48,095 nt of DNA from a virus (lineage: Duplodnaviria; Caudoviricetes), in IMG/VR virus record IMGVR_UViG_3300005764_000025, positions 1 through 48,095 of that record; one strand, 5' to 3'. How positions within the stretch are numbered: position 1 is the first letter of the stretch; the number at the start of each line of letters is the position of its first letter. The notes under the pieces are model-generated. The model was not told where the DNA came from. It saw nothing but the letters and a program-made list of their open reading frames with translations, and searched no databases. Shown in pieces: positions 15,711 to 24,025 of the stretch. The translations under genes and the position numbers were made by a program.

Positions 15711-15755
15711 GGGCCGTAGGGTTCAGCGGGGCTTTTTTGCGTTTGGGAAAATCGG
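15711..15755 (+). repeat. GTAGG-N7-GGGGCTTTTT repeat, copy F
   Basis: Core at 15716-15737, then GAAAATCGG. Confidence 0.8.
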
Positions 15756-15757
15756 TC

Positions 15758-15766
15758 TGATAGAAT
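15758..15766 (+). promoter_or_regulatory. Extended -10 element ahead of the morphogenesis operon
   Basis: TGaTAGAAT, 13 nt before ATG 15780. Confidence 0.45.
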
Positions 15767-15779
15767 TCCCGGCAAGGGG

Positions 15780-16115
15780 ATGGGCGCCGCAAAAGCCAAT
15801 CTCGATTTGTATCAGGGCGATGACTACTTTGCCACGGTCACCGTTTCCAATGGCGGGACGCCGCCCGATCAAGTCCTCGCCGGGTACACGGCTCAGGCGC
15901 AGATCCGACTGGGGCCGGCGGATACGAACGACGTGCTCTATGAGATCGCGGCGGCGGTGAACTCGCCCTATATCGACCTGACGATTCCGGCGACGATCAC
16001 GGCGACGATGCAAGGCCTCTACGTCTGGGATCTGCAGGTCACCGATTCCAATGGGATCATCACCACTCTTCTGGCGGGCGCCGTGACCGTCACGCCAGAG
16101 GTGACGCGGGAGTAA
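15780..16115 (+). CDS. Virion beta-sandwich protein (BppU N-terminal/LtfC-like)
   Basis: LYQGDD...YVWDLQVTD...TLLAGAVTVTPEVTR motif. Confidence 0.7.
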   Translation: MGAAKANLDLYQGDDYFATVTVSNGGTPPDQVLAGYTAQAQIRLGPADTNDVLYEIAAAVNSPYIDLTIPATITATMQGLYVWDLQVTDSNGIITTLLAGAVTVTPEVTRE

Positions 16116-16119
16116 GAGG

Positions 16120-16536
16120 ATGCCGCCATCCCCTCCTCCCGCGAAACTCTCGGTCAGCTTCGCTCACGGGCAGCAGTTCCACGCCACGCTTTCGCAAGGC
16201 CAGCCTGGACCGCCGGGGCCGGCGGGACCACCCGGAGTCACTGTCTCGAGCCAGAACGATCTCACCGCCACCTATGCTGCAGATACGGTCTATCAGAATC
16301 CGTATCCGCACGCCATCTACGTGCTGACCTCCTGGCAATTGAACGGGAAGGCCAGCATGGTTGCGATGTGCGATGCGAATAATCCGCCGTCCACGCCGAT
16401 CGCTGAGATTGCGGAGCCCGTAGGCGGAACCGGGATGACGGCGCCGCTGACGCTTCTGGTTCTCCCTGGCTACTACTACGTCTTCGCGGTCATGAGCGGG
16501 ACGCCCGCTTTGGTGCATTGGATCGAATATCATTGA
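16120..16536 (+). CDS. Short fibre-like protein (collagen triplets plus fibre C-terminal domain)
   Basis: GQPGPPGPAGPPG; YQNP...VLPGYYY. Confidence 0.65.
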   Translation: MPPSPPPAKLSVSFAHGQQFHATLSQGQPGPPGPAGPPGVTVSSQNDLTATYAADTVYQNPYPHAIYVLTSWQLNGKASMVAMCDANNPPSTPIAEIAEPVGGTGMTAPLTLLVLPGYYYVFAVMSGTPALVHWIEYH

Positions 16537-16539
16537 GCC

Positions 16540-16776
16540 ATGACTCCCGGTTTGCCATATCCGAATCCGTTGTTGCAACAATACCTGGCGCTACAGCAGG
16601 CTATCGCGGGCGGCGTGGTCGAGGTCCGGTTTCAAGACCGCACCGTTCGCTATGCCTCGATGGCCGAATTGATCGTGGCCTCAAACAGGCTGTATCAGCA
16701 ACTGGCGGCGACGGGCGCTCTCGGCGGCGGTGGCATGAACCGCACCATCCGGTGCTACACCACGAAGGGTCTGTGA
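16540..16776 (+). CDS. Head-tail joining protein, gpW-like
   Basis: LQQAIAGGVVEVRFQDRTVRYASMAEL; lies upstream of the portal. Confidence 0.8.
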   Translation: MTPGLPYPNPLLQQYLALQQAIAGGVVEVRFQDRTVRYASMAELIVASNRLYQQLAATGALGGGGMNRTIRCYTTKGL

Positions 16777-17129
16777 GCGCTCAACCCAGCGTGCTACCGT
16801 CCCGCGGCAAAGCAGTCATCGATCAGCGGGCCGCTCTGACTTCGATCCTCCGGACCTGGCTGGTCTACCGCGACGATGCGCTCTGGGCGTTCGTGGGCGG
16901 CGTCGAGGCCTCTGATCCGGTCGAAGAGATTACGCTCGATGAGACTGTTCAGGAGCACATCAGCCGTTGCAATGAAGCGCGGAAACGCGCATTGAAACTC
17001 GCGGAGCGGATGGCCGAAGAGAGCGAACAGAAACCCTCGCAAGTGATCCGGCGTGCGCTCGATGACCTACTCGCGACCGAGACGCCGCAGTTCCTTTTGT
17101 CACACCCGAATATCCCCGGCTCGTTTTAG
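16773..17129 (+). CDS. Hypothetical protein (118 aa)
   Basis: GTGA-coupled start; helical. Confidence 0.55.
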   Translation: MSAQPSVLPSRGKAVIDQRAALTSILRTWLVYRDDALWAFVGGVEASDPVEEITLDETVQEHISRCNEARKRALKLAERMAEESEQKPSQVIRRALDDLLATETPQFLLSHPNIPGSF

Positions 17130-17163
17130 AGCATATAATTCAAAAAAACGAGGAGGATCGTTT

Positions 17164-17301
17164 ATGTTGTTTTCGGTCCCGTGGTTCCTCTATCTGATCG
17201 CGTTCATTCTGGTTCTGGTCAACGGATTGAGCAATCGAGTGCCGCTCTGGATTGCGGTGCTTCTGATCGCGATAGGCTTATTGGTCCCGGTCAAGGTCTA
17301 G
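17164..17301 (+). CDS. Two-TM small membrane protein (45 aa), possibly holin-like
   Basis: GAGGAGG SD; two hydrophobic segments; TATAAT at 17134-17139. Confidence 0.6.
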   Translation: MLFSVPWFLYLIAFILVLVNGLSNRVPLWIAVLLIAIGLLVPVKV

Positions 17302-18972
17302 ATGGCATCGGCCCGCTCCATTGCGCGTCTGCACAGTTCGGGCGGGACTCCCGGCATCCTTCCGCGCCGCGCCGATTACGGTCCCTATCCCGGCTACGTG
17401 GGTGGAGGGCCAGCGTATGAAAGCTCGGCCGGCGCGCGCCGCCTGGCTCCGTGGAATCCGTCCCGGCTTGGTCCCACTACAAGTCTCTGGGCCACGCGGG
17501 ACCTCATGCTGGCGCGATGCCATGACGAGGTCCGCAACAATCCGCTGGCGACGAGCGCCGTCGATAATTTCGAATCGCAGATTGTCGGAAACGGGATCAA
17601 GCCGAAGTGGAATCTCGCTGACGAAGAGAAGAAGCTGACCATCGAGCGGGAGTTCCGGTTCTGCGCGGCGTCCAAGGACTTCGACCAGGCAGGGCTCTGC
17701 GACTATTACGGGCTTCAGGCGCTGGCGGCGCGAGAAATATTCGAAGGCGGCGAGGTCTTCGTCAGACGCCATATCCGGTCGAACTCCTGGCAACCGAACC
17801 CGAATATCCCGCGCACGATGCGCGTGCCGCTTCAGGTGCAGTTGATCGAAAGCGAACAATGCCCGATCTGGCTGAACATGGTGGGCGCGGGACCGGGGCC
17901 GGCGACGGCTCCAGTGGGTTCGCAGATTCGGACGGGAAAGGAATTCGACTCGGACGGGCGGCTTGCCGCCTACCACATGTTTCGGGAGCATCCCGGCGAG
18001 ACGATGTTTTTCTCCGGAGCGCCGCTACAGTTCGTCCGCGTGACGAGCGAGAACGTGCTCCACTGCTATAAACCGTTCCGCGCCGGATTGTTGCGCGGCC
18101 AGCCGCATCTGTCGAGCGTGCTGGTCCTCCTGCACGAACTCAGCAAGTACACGGACGCGACCACGGTCGCAAAACAGATCCAGAGCATGTTCGCGGCGTT
18201 CATCACCAAGACGGTTCCGGAGAGTGACGTGATCCCCACCGATATCGTGCCGAATGTCCCGGCGGCATCGCCGGCGTTCGGCTACGCTCCTCCAGGCATC
18301 CGCTACGGCCATCTTGAGCCAGGATCGTTGAACGAGCTTTATCCCGGCGAGGGCATCACCTTTCCGAGTCTGCCCCAGAACAATGACCTGCAGACGTTCA
18401 TGAACGTCATGCTTCACCAGTTCGCCGTGGGCATCGGCGCGACCTACGAACAGATCACGGGCGATCTCCGCGGCGTGAACCTGTCGAGCATCCGCGCCGG
18501 CGTGCAGGATGCGCACCGGAAATGCGAACAGTTCATCTACAACGTGCTGATCACCCAGTTCTGCGAACCCGTGCTACGGTGGTGGCTCGATGAAGCGGTG
18601 ATCAGCGGGCGCCTCGATCTGCCGGGATATGCGGAGGAGCCGGATCAATATCTCGATGTGACGTGGTCTACGAGTGGCTGGCCCTGGCTCGATCCGACCA
18701 ACGATATCGAAGCAAAGATGAAGGCCGTCCGGTGCGGCTTCACCAGCCGCGAAAAAGTCTGCGCCGAATCGGGCGAGGACGTGAGCCAGATCGACGCGCA
18801 GCAGGTTCTGGACAACAAGCGGGCAGACGCGGCCGGCTTGGTTTACGATTCCGATCCGAGAAAAATCCTGGTGGGCCGCGAAGCCAATCCGCAGGTTCAG
18901 GAGGAAGGCGCTCCTGAGGGCCAGGAAGAGGAAAAAGCGGCGCTCGCCGGAAGCGAAACAAAAGCGGGATGA
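17302..18972 (+). CDS. Portal protein, lambda family
   Basis: RNNPLA...IVGNGIKP, GEVF, LQVQLIESEQ, TYEQITGDL..VNLSSIRAG, WLDP. Confidence 0.95.
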   Translation: MASARSIARLHSSGGTPGILPRRADYGPYPGYVGGGPAYESSAGARRLAPWNPSRLGPTTSLWATRDLMLARCHDEVRNNPLATSAVDNFESQIVGNGIKPKWNLADEEKKLTIEREFRFCAASKDFDQAGLCDYYGLQALAAREIFEGGEVFVRRHIRSNSWQPNPNIPRTMRVPLQVQLIESEQCPIWLNMVGAGPGPATAPVGSQIRTGKEFDSDGRLAAYHMFREHPGETMFFSGAPLQFVRVTSENVLHCYKPFRAGLLRGQPHLSSVLVLLHELSKYTDATTVAKQIQSMFAAFITKTVPESDVIPTDIVPNVPAASPAFGYAPPGIRYGHLEPGSLNELYPGEGITFPSLPQNNDLQTFMNVMLHQFAVGIGATYEQITGDLRGVNLSSIRAGVQDAHRKCEQFIYNVLITQFCEPVLRWWLDEAVISGRLDLPGYAEEPDQYLDVTWSTSGWPWLDPTNDIEAKMKAVRCGFTSREKVCAESGEDVSQIDAQQVLDNKRADAAGLVYDSDPRKILVGREANPQVQEEGAPEGQEEEKAALAGSETKAG

Positions 18973-19002
18973 TATGATTTTTCGGAAGGAGGGCGCGATG
19001 GG

Positions 19003-20838
19003 ATGAAACCGCTGATTCACCTCGCTTCCACAGTTTTCAATTCTCCCTTGGCAATACTCCCCGAAAAATTAGAAGCCATCCTTCGCCTGGTAGGTCCGCG
19101 CTTCGAAATCGATCAGGCCGCGGTAGACCAGTTAGCGAGCTCGCGTGTGATCCCGGCGAACGGGAATCTTCTGGTTGTGCAGGAGGGGATAGTCGCCAGA
19201 TTCGAGGACGATTCGGAGGAAGAGAGCAAGCCGTATAAGCTGACGCCTCAGGGCGTGGCGGTCCTGCGGATCGCGGGGCCGCTCGTCAAGCGGCACTCCT
19301 GGTTGTCTGCGGCGTGCGGCATGTCATCCTACGCGAACGTGGGCGACAACATGCGCGAGGCGCTCTCCGATCCGGCGGTGAAGGGTCTGCTCCTCGATAT
19401 CGATTCCCCCGGCGGCGTCACGCACGGCTGCTTCGAACTCTCGGACGCGATCCGGGGGATGCGCGGCGAGAAGCCGATCTGGTCCGTCGCCAACGATCTG
19501 GCGACGAGCGCTGCCTATGCAATTGCCAGCGCCACTGACCGCGTCTATGTGACGCGCACCGGAGGGATCGGCTCTATCGGCGTCTTCGCCGTGCATGTCG
19601 ATCAATCCGGAGCGGACACCCAGGAGGGCGTGAAATACACCTACGTGTTTGCCGGCGACCGCAAGGTGGACGGAAATCCGCACGAACCGCTCTCGAAATC
19701 CGCCCGCTCGGATATCCAGGCGGAAGTAGACCGCGAATACGGAATGTTCATCGCGGCGGTGGCGGCGAACCGGAACGCGGAGCCGGGGGAAGTCGCCAAG
19801 ACGCAGGCGCGTGTTTACTACGGCGATAAGGCCCCGAAATTACTAGCGGATGGAACTAGGAGCCTCGAGGAAGCCACGGCGGAATTGGGGGCGCGGACGG
19901 GCCAAAAACAATTCAGCGTTGTTGCGTTGGATACAAAGTCAGGCAATAATGCTGAAAAACAGGGGGCAGAAATTATGCCCGCGACACCTCAGGAAACCGC
20001 TGCCGTAAATCTCGAACAACATCTGCGCCAGGGCGAGGCCGCGAGTTATTACGCGGCGGCGCTCGATGAGGCGGCGGCGACCAACGATCACGAGCTATAT
20101 TCCCTCGCGCTCAAATATCTTGTCCTGACCGGCGCGAGTATCGAAACCACCGGAAAGGAGAATGCCATGCCAAAGGGCGAGAAGGAAGAATTGAAACGCG
20201 CCAAGAAAGACGACGACGAGGACCTCCAAGCCGCCGATCCGAAAAAGGACGACGAAGAAGAGGAGGAAGAAGAGGACGGCGAGGATAAGGCCGAAGGCGA
20301 AGAGTCGAAGAAAAAGGCTCTCGCGACGGCCAAGCGCGGCCACGTAACGGAGTTGCCGCGCTCCGGCCGTTCACCGGAACAGCGCATTGCGGAACTCTGC
20401 ATGATCGCGGGCGCCCCGGAGCTTGCGGCGGACTACATCACCAAGGGCTACAGCGTCAGCCGCGTGAGCGATCTGCTCATGGACCGGCGCTCGAAAGCCT
20501 CTGCGGAGAATCCGACCAACTCCTACGTTCCCGGCGACAAGGGCGTAGGCGGATCGACTGCCCAAAGCAGTATCGACCAGGCCGTCCAGCAGGCGCTGAC
20601 CATGTCCGCGAATTCCGGCGGGAAGCTCAACCGGAGTCAGGCTCTGGCGGCGATTCTCCGCTCCAATCCGCAGATCTACCAGAACTATCTGGAGGAACGT
20701 GACCGCGTGATCGCTCAGAGTCCCAGCGGCGCGGGCCGCGTGCTCACCGAGTGGGTCATGCACAATCAGCGGCGCTATCTGGGCGCATTGGGACTCGGGA
20801 CCACCATCGACGTGGTTCCCAGTGGACGAGGAATGTAA
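19003..20838 (+). CDS. S49 head maturation protease fused to a scaffolding region
   Basis: LLLDIDSPGG, ATSAAYAIAS, GSIGV, KVDGNPHEPL; acidic low-complexity C-terminal half. Confidence 0.9.
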   Translation: MKPLIHLASTVFNSPLAILPEKLEAILRLVGPRFEIDQAAVDQLASSRVIPANGNLLVVQEGIVARFEDDSEEESKPYKLTPQGVAVLRIAGPLVKRHSWLSAACGMSSYANVGDNMREALSDPAVKGLLLDIDSPGGVTHGCFELSDAIRGMRGEKPIWSVANDLATSAAYAIASATDRVYVTRTGGIGSIGVFAVHVDQSGADTQEGVKYTYVFAGDRKVDGNPHEPLSKSARSDIQAEVDREYGMFIAAVAANRNAEPGEVAKTQARVYYGDKAPKLLADGTRSLEEATAELGARTGQKQFSVVALDTKSGNNAEKQGAEIMPATPQETAAVNLEQHLRQGEAASYYAAALDEAAATNDHELYSLALKYLVLTGASIETTGKENAMPKGEKEELKRAKKDDDEDLQAADPKKDDEEEEEEEDGEDKAEGEESKKKALATAKRGHVTELPRSGRSPEQRIAELCMIAGAPELAADYITKGYSVSRVSDLLMDRRSKASAENPTNSYVPGDKGVGGSTAQSSIDQAVQQALTMSANSGGKLNRSQALAAILRSNPQIYQNYLEERDRVIAQSPSGAGRVLTEWVMHNQRRYLGALGLGTTIDVVPSGRGM

Positions 20839-20841
20839 ACC

Positions 20842-21246
20842 ATGCCGTACAACGAAGGACTACTGAACACCATCAGCGCCCCGGCGGGCGCAGACCTGAG
20901 CGCCAAGCAATTCTACGGTGTCTCTCTGGTCAACGCCGGCTCCAACCCTCCCGGCGTCACCGCCGTCGTCGCGACTGCGGCCAAGGCAGTCGCCGGCGTG
21001 CTGCAGAACAATCCGATCGCGGGGCAGGCCGCAACCATCCAGACGACCGGAACCACGAAAGTCGCCATCTCCGCAAGTCAAGTGATCACGGGCGGGACGA
21101 CTCTGCTTGAGGTCGATGCCGGCGGAACTTTCAAGCCGGTTGCCACGGGAACGGCGGTGGCGCAAGCTCTCGAAAGCCTTGCCTCGACCACCGCAATCGG
21201 GATCATCAGCGCCCGTCTGCTGCCGTCGAATGCGGTCCTCTCGTAG
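20842..21246 (+). CDS. Head decoration/cement protein
   Basis: AGADLS..QFY, GVLQNNP.AGQAA; lies between protease and capsid. Confidence 0.7.
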   Translation: MPYNEGLLNTISAPAGADLSAKQFYGVSLVNAGSNPPGVTAVVATAAKAVAGVLQNNPIAGQAATIQTTGTTKVAISASQVITGGTTLLEVDAGGTFKPVATGTAVAQALESLASTTAIGIISARLLPSNAVLS

Positions 21247-21276
21247 GACCTCTTTTTTCTTAGGAGTTGAATCGCC

Positions 21277-22353
21277 ATGCCGCAACCAACGATGAGCGAT
21301 GTACACGTCAATGCGCTACTCACGGACATGAGCGCGATGTACTCGCAGGACCAGACCAATTTCATTGCGCGGGACGTATTCCCCATCGTGCCGGTGAGTA
21401 AAATCTCCGACAGGTATGCGGTGTATTCACGCGCCGACTTCAACCGCAATCAGATGGCGAAACGGGCACCGGGAACCACTGTTCACAATATCGGCTACCG
21501 GATCGACAATGCGTCGTATCTGTGCGACGTATGGGCGCTCGGCAAACCCATCGATGATCAGATCCGCGCCAACGCGGATTCCGTCTTCAACTTGGATTTG
21601 GAAGCCACCCGGCTCCTGACCACCCAGTCATTGATCAATCGCGAGTATATGTGGTTCAGCGCGTTTTTCGTGCCCGGTATCTGGTCGAACATGTGGACCG
21701 GGGGCGCGACCGCCAGCGGAGCATATCCCACGGCGCCCGCAACTTCGCCCGCGTCGAGCTACACGTTCGTTAAATGGAGCCTCGCCAATTCCACTCCGAT
21801 TCAGGACATTCGTCAGCTCGCAAGCATCGTACAGTTGACGACGGGCTTCCGGCCCAACCGGATGGTGATCGGCCGGCAAGTCTACGACATGCTACTCGAT
21901 CATCCACAGACGGTGGACCGCGTGAAGTACGGCGCGACCTCGGCGGAACCGGCGAAAGTGACGCTCGACGCTCTCGCATCGCTCTTCGAAATGAACCGGA
22001 TACATGTGGCCCAGGCGATCTATAACACCTCAAGTGAACTCGCCGGCCCGAATTCCGGCGCGGCCTATGTTCCGCCGGGATACAACGTGGGCGTCAACGC
22101 GGGCGAGGCAAATTCGTTCTTCGCCGGCGCGAACGTCTGGATCGGCTACACACCGGAAGCTCCCGGCCTGATGACGCCCGCCAGCGGATACACATTCGCC
22201 TGGACGGGATATCTCGGCGCCACCGAAGGCGGCGAACGGATCTCGAGCTACTACTTCCAGCCGGATCGCTCGACCCACGTCGAAATCGAGTCTGCATACG
22301 TCCACAAGATCGTTTCCGCCGATATGGGCGGCTTCTTGCAGAGCGTTATCTAG
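21277..22353 (+). CDS. Major capsid protein
   Basis: VHVNALLTD...FIARDVFPIVPV, TPIQDI...GFRPNRMVIG, PASGYTF; AGGAG SD. Confidence 0.85.
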   Translation: MPQPTMSDVHVNALLTDMSAMYSQDQTNFIARDVFPIVPVSKISDRYAVYSRADFNRNQMAKRAPGTTVHNIGYRIDNASYLCDVWALGKPIDDQIRANADSVFNLDLEATRLLTTQSLINREYMWFSAFFVPGIWSNMWTGGATASGAYPTAPATSPASSYTFVKWSLANSTPIQDIRQLASIVQLTTGFRPNRMVIGRQVYDMLLDHPQTVDRVKYGATSAEPAKVTLDALASLFEMNRIHVAQAIYNTSSELAGPNSGAAYVPPGYNVGVNAGEANSFFAGANVWIGYTPEAPGLMTPASGYTFAWTGYLGATEGGERISSYYFQPDRSTHVEIESAYVHKIVSADMGGFLQSVI

Positions 22354-22362
22354 GAGGTAACA

Positions 22363-22734
22363 ATGCCGTTCGAATACGATACATCCGACGCGGAAGCGCC
22401 GGAAGAGAAGAAGCCCCTCGACAAGCAGACCGTCCTGCAATACGTGCGGGACGCCGTGATCGGCTATCGCGCCGCGAATTATGTGACCGGGGAAGCCAGA
22501 CAGGCCCTCGACCAGTTCGTGGACGAGACGCATGTGGACCTGCAGAAGAGTCCCGCGAAGACACCGGACGTAGTTCCCGATCCGACGATGCCGCCCGCGC
22601 CCGTATGGCCCCCACCGAGAACCACGGAGGGAGCGCCCACGCCGCCGGCGTCATATCAGCCCGGTTCCGGTTCGCACGGTTCGCATACCGAATCGAAGAC
22701 CTCGCCTTCCGGCAAGGAGCACAAGTCGAAGTGA
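22363..22734 (+). CDS. Pro-rich hypothetical protein
   Basis: AGGAGGT SD. Confidence 0.65.
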   Translation: MPFEYDTSDAEAPEEKKPLDKQTVLQYVRDAVIGYRAANYVTGEARQALDQFVDETHVDLQKSPAKTPDVVPDPTMPPAPVWPPPRTTEGAPTPPASYQPGSGSHGSHTESKTSPSGKEHKSK

Positions 22735-23114
22735 CCTCCGGTTGGACAAGACGGGCGAGCTGGAATGACCTGACACGCCACGGAACTGCGATCCCCCAGT
22801 TCCGGGTGGCGGGGCGTCCGATGGTCTTTGGGGATCACACACTTTCGGTGGGCGCAGCGGTCGATCCAGAACTCTTTCAGCCGATGATCCGGATAGAACG
22901 TTTGCGCCAGTTTTACGAACAGAGGCGGCTGGAGCCTTTCGGGCAGGATCTTCCCGCTCCTATTCGTCCCGTGGCCTCGCAGATCATCGCGACCCATGAG
23001 GAAGCGGATCTGCCGGCGGTGGAGATCCCGGTCGAGGAATCCGCGTTACTCGACCCTCCTCCGCCGCCGCAACGCCGCGGGCGCGGAAGGCCACGCAAGT
23101 ATCCAAGGACATGA
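22731..23114 (+). CDS. Hypothetical protein with C-terminal AT-hook (127 aa)
   Basis: AAGGAG SD and GTGA coupling; ends PPPPPQRRGRGRPRKYPRT. Confidence 0.7.
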   Translation: MTSGWTRRASWNDLTRHGTAIPQFRVAGRPMVFGDHTLSVGAAVDPELFQPMIRIERLRQFYEQRRLEPFGQDLPAPIRPVASQIIATHEEADLPAVEIPVEESALLDPPPPPQRRGRGRPRKYPRT

Positions 23115-23117
23115 CCG

Positions 23118-23471
23118 ATGGACTTCGACGCGCTAGTCGGAACAATGGACGATATCGTGACGGACACGTTCCAGAAGGTGGTGGACGGCCAGCCGCTCGA
23201 ATTGATCGTGCATCCGAACGATGGCTCATCCGACTTCAGCGTCCCATGCGTGGTCAAGAATCCGGCGATGGAAGAAGACTACGTTCCCGGCTCCGCGAAC
23301 GGAACCGCCATGCTGATGCTCTTTTGCCCGTCGTACCTCGGAGTGGTGGGATTTTTGGGGAATACCGCGACCTATGGTGGCGTCGATTACGACATTGTGC
23401 AGTCGGACGCTGACCGATGCGGTGGTATGCATCTGCGATTGCGGGCGCGGATGCTGCCGTGGGACCAGTGA
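23118..23471 (+). CDS. Head-closure (FII-like) protein
   Basis: Size, position and C-terminal Y.IV...D..G...L.L pattern. Confidence 0.55.
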   Translation: MDFDALVGTMDDIVTDTFQKVVDGQPLELIVHPNDGSSDFSVPCVVKNPAMEEDYVPGSANGTAMLMLFCPSYLGVVGFLGNTATYGGVDYDIVQSDADRCGGMHLRLRARMLPWDQ

Positions 23472-23477
23472 GGAGCC

Positions 23478-24017
23478 ATGCTCGATCCCGATCTGGTAAT
23501 GAATTCCGTGCTCGATTCGTTCCGGTCGATCCCGCAACTGGTGACGGAGGTTGGCGGCGCCCAGAACATCACGGGCCACTACTACTACAGCGGCGAAGAG
23601 AATTCCCTCATGAAAACTCTGGGCCAGATGCGGGCGCCGACCATCCTGCTTGCCTACCTGGCGATGCTCGGCGGAAATTTCGACGGCCAGACGATGTGGA
23701 AGCATCAGATCAATCTCTACGTGCGTCCGCGCAATAAGGCCTCTGATGCGCTCAACGGGCGCAACTCGGCTTCGGCGCCGCATCTCTATTGGATGGCATT
23801 AAATCTTCCAATAACGGTCCCGCGGCCGGCGGATTCGATCCGGTATATCGATCTGGTGGACGAGAATCTCATGCTGATGGAGACGCCCTCGCTTCTGCAT
23901 CAGGTCGATGAATTGGGCCAGGACTTCTTCTATTCGACCCTAACGTTTGTCGAGAAGGGCGACGTGGGACCGGGTCTAGCGGAAATGAACTGCGCGAAAG
24001 TGGTTATGCCTGTATGA
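23478..24017 (+). CDS. Probable tail terminator protein
   Basis: Position directly before the tail tube; GAGGAG SD. Confidence 0.5.
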   Translation: MLDPDLVMNSVLDSFRSIPQLVTEVGGAQNITGHYYYSGEENSLMKTLGQMRAPTILLAYLAMLGGNFDGQTMWKHQINLYVRPRNKASDALNGRNSASAPHLYWMALNLPITVPRPADSIRYIDLVDENLMLMETPSLLHQVDELGQDFFYSTLTFVEKGDVGPGLAEMNCAKVVMPV

Positions 24018-24025
24018 GGTGAAGT

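Noticed and set aside
8460-15740. GGGGCTTTTT repeats as intrinsic terminators or KOPS
   Set aside because: No consistent GC hairpin precedes the T-run (in copies A and C the Ts lie in the loop); GGGCGTAGGG does not match GGGNAGGG
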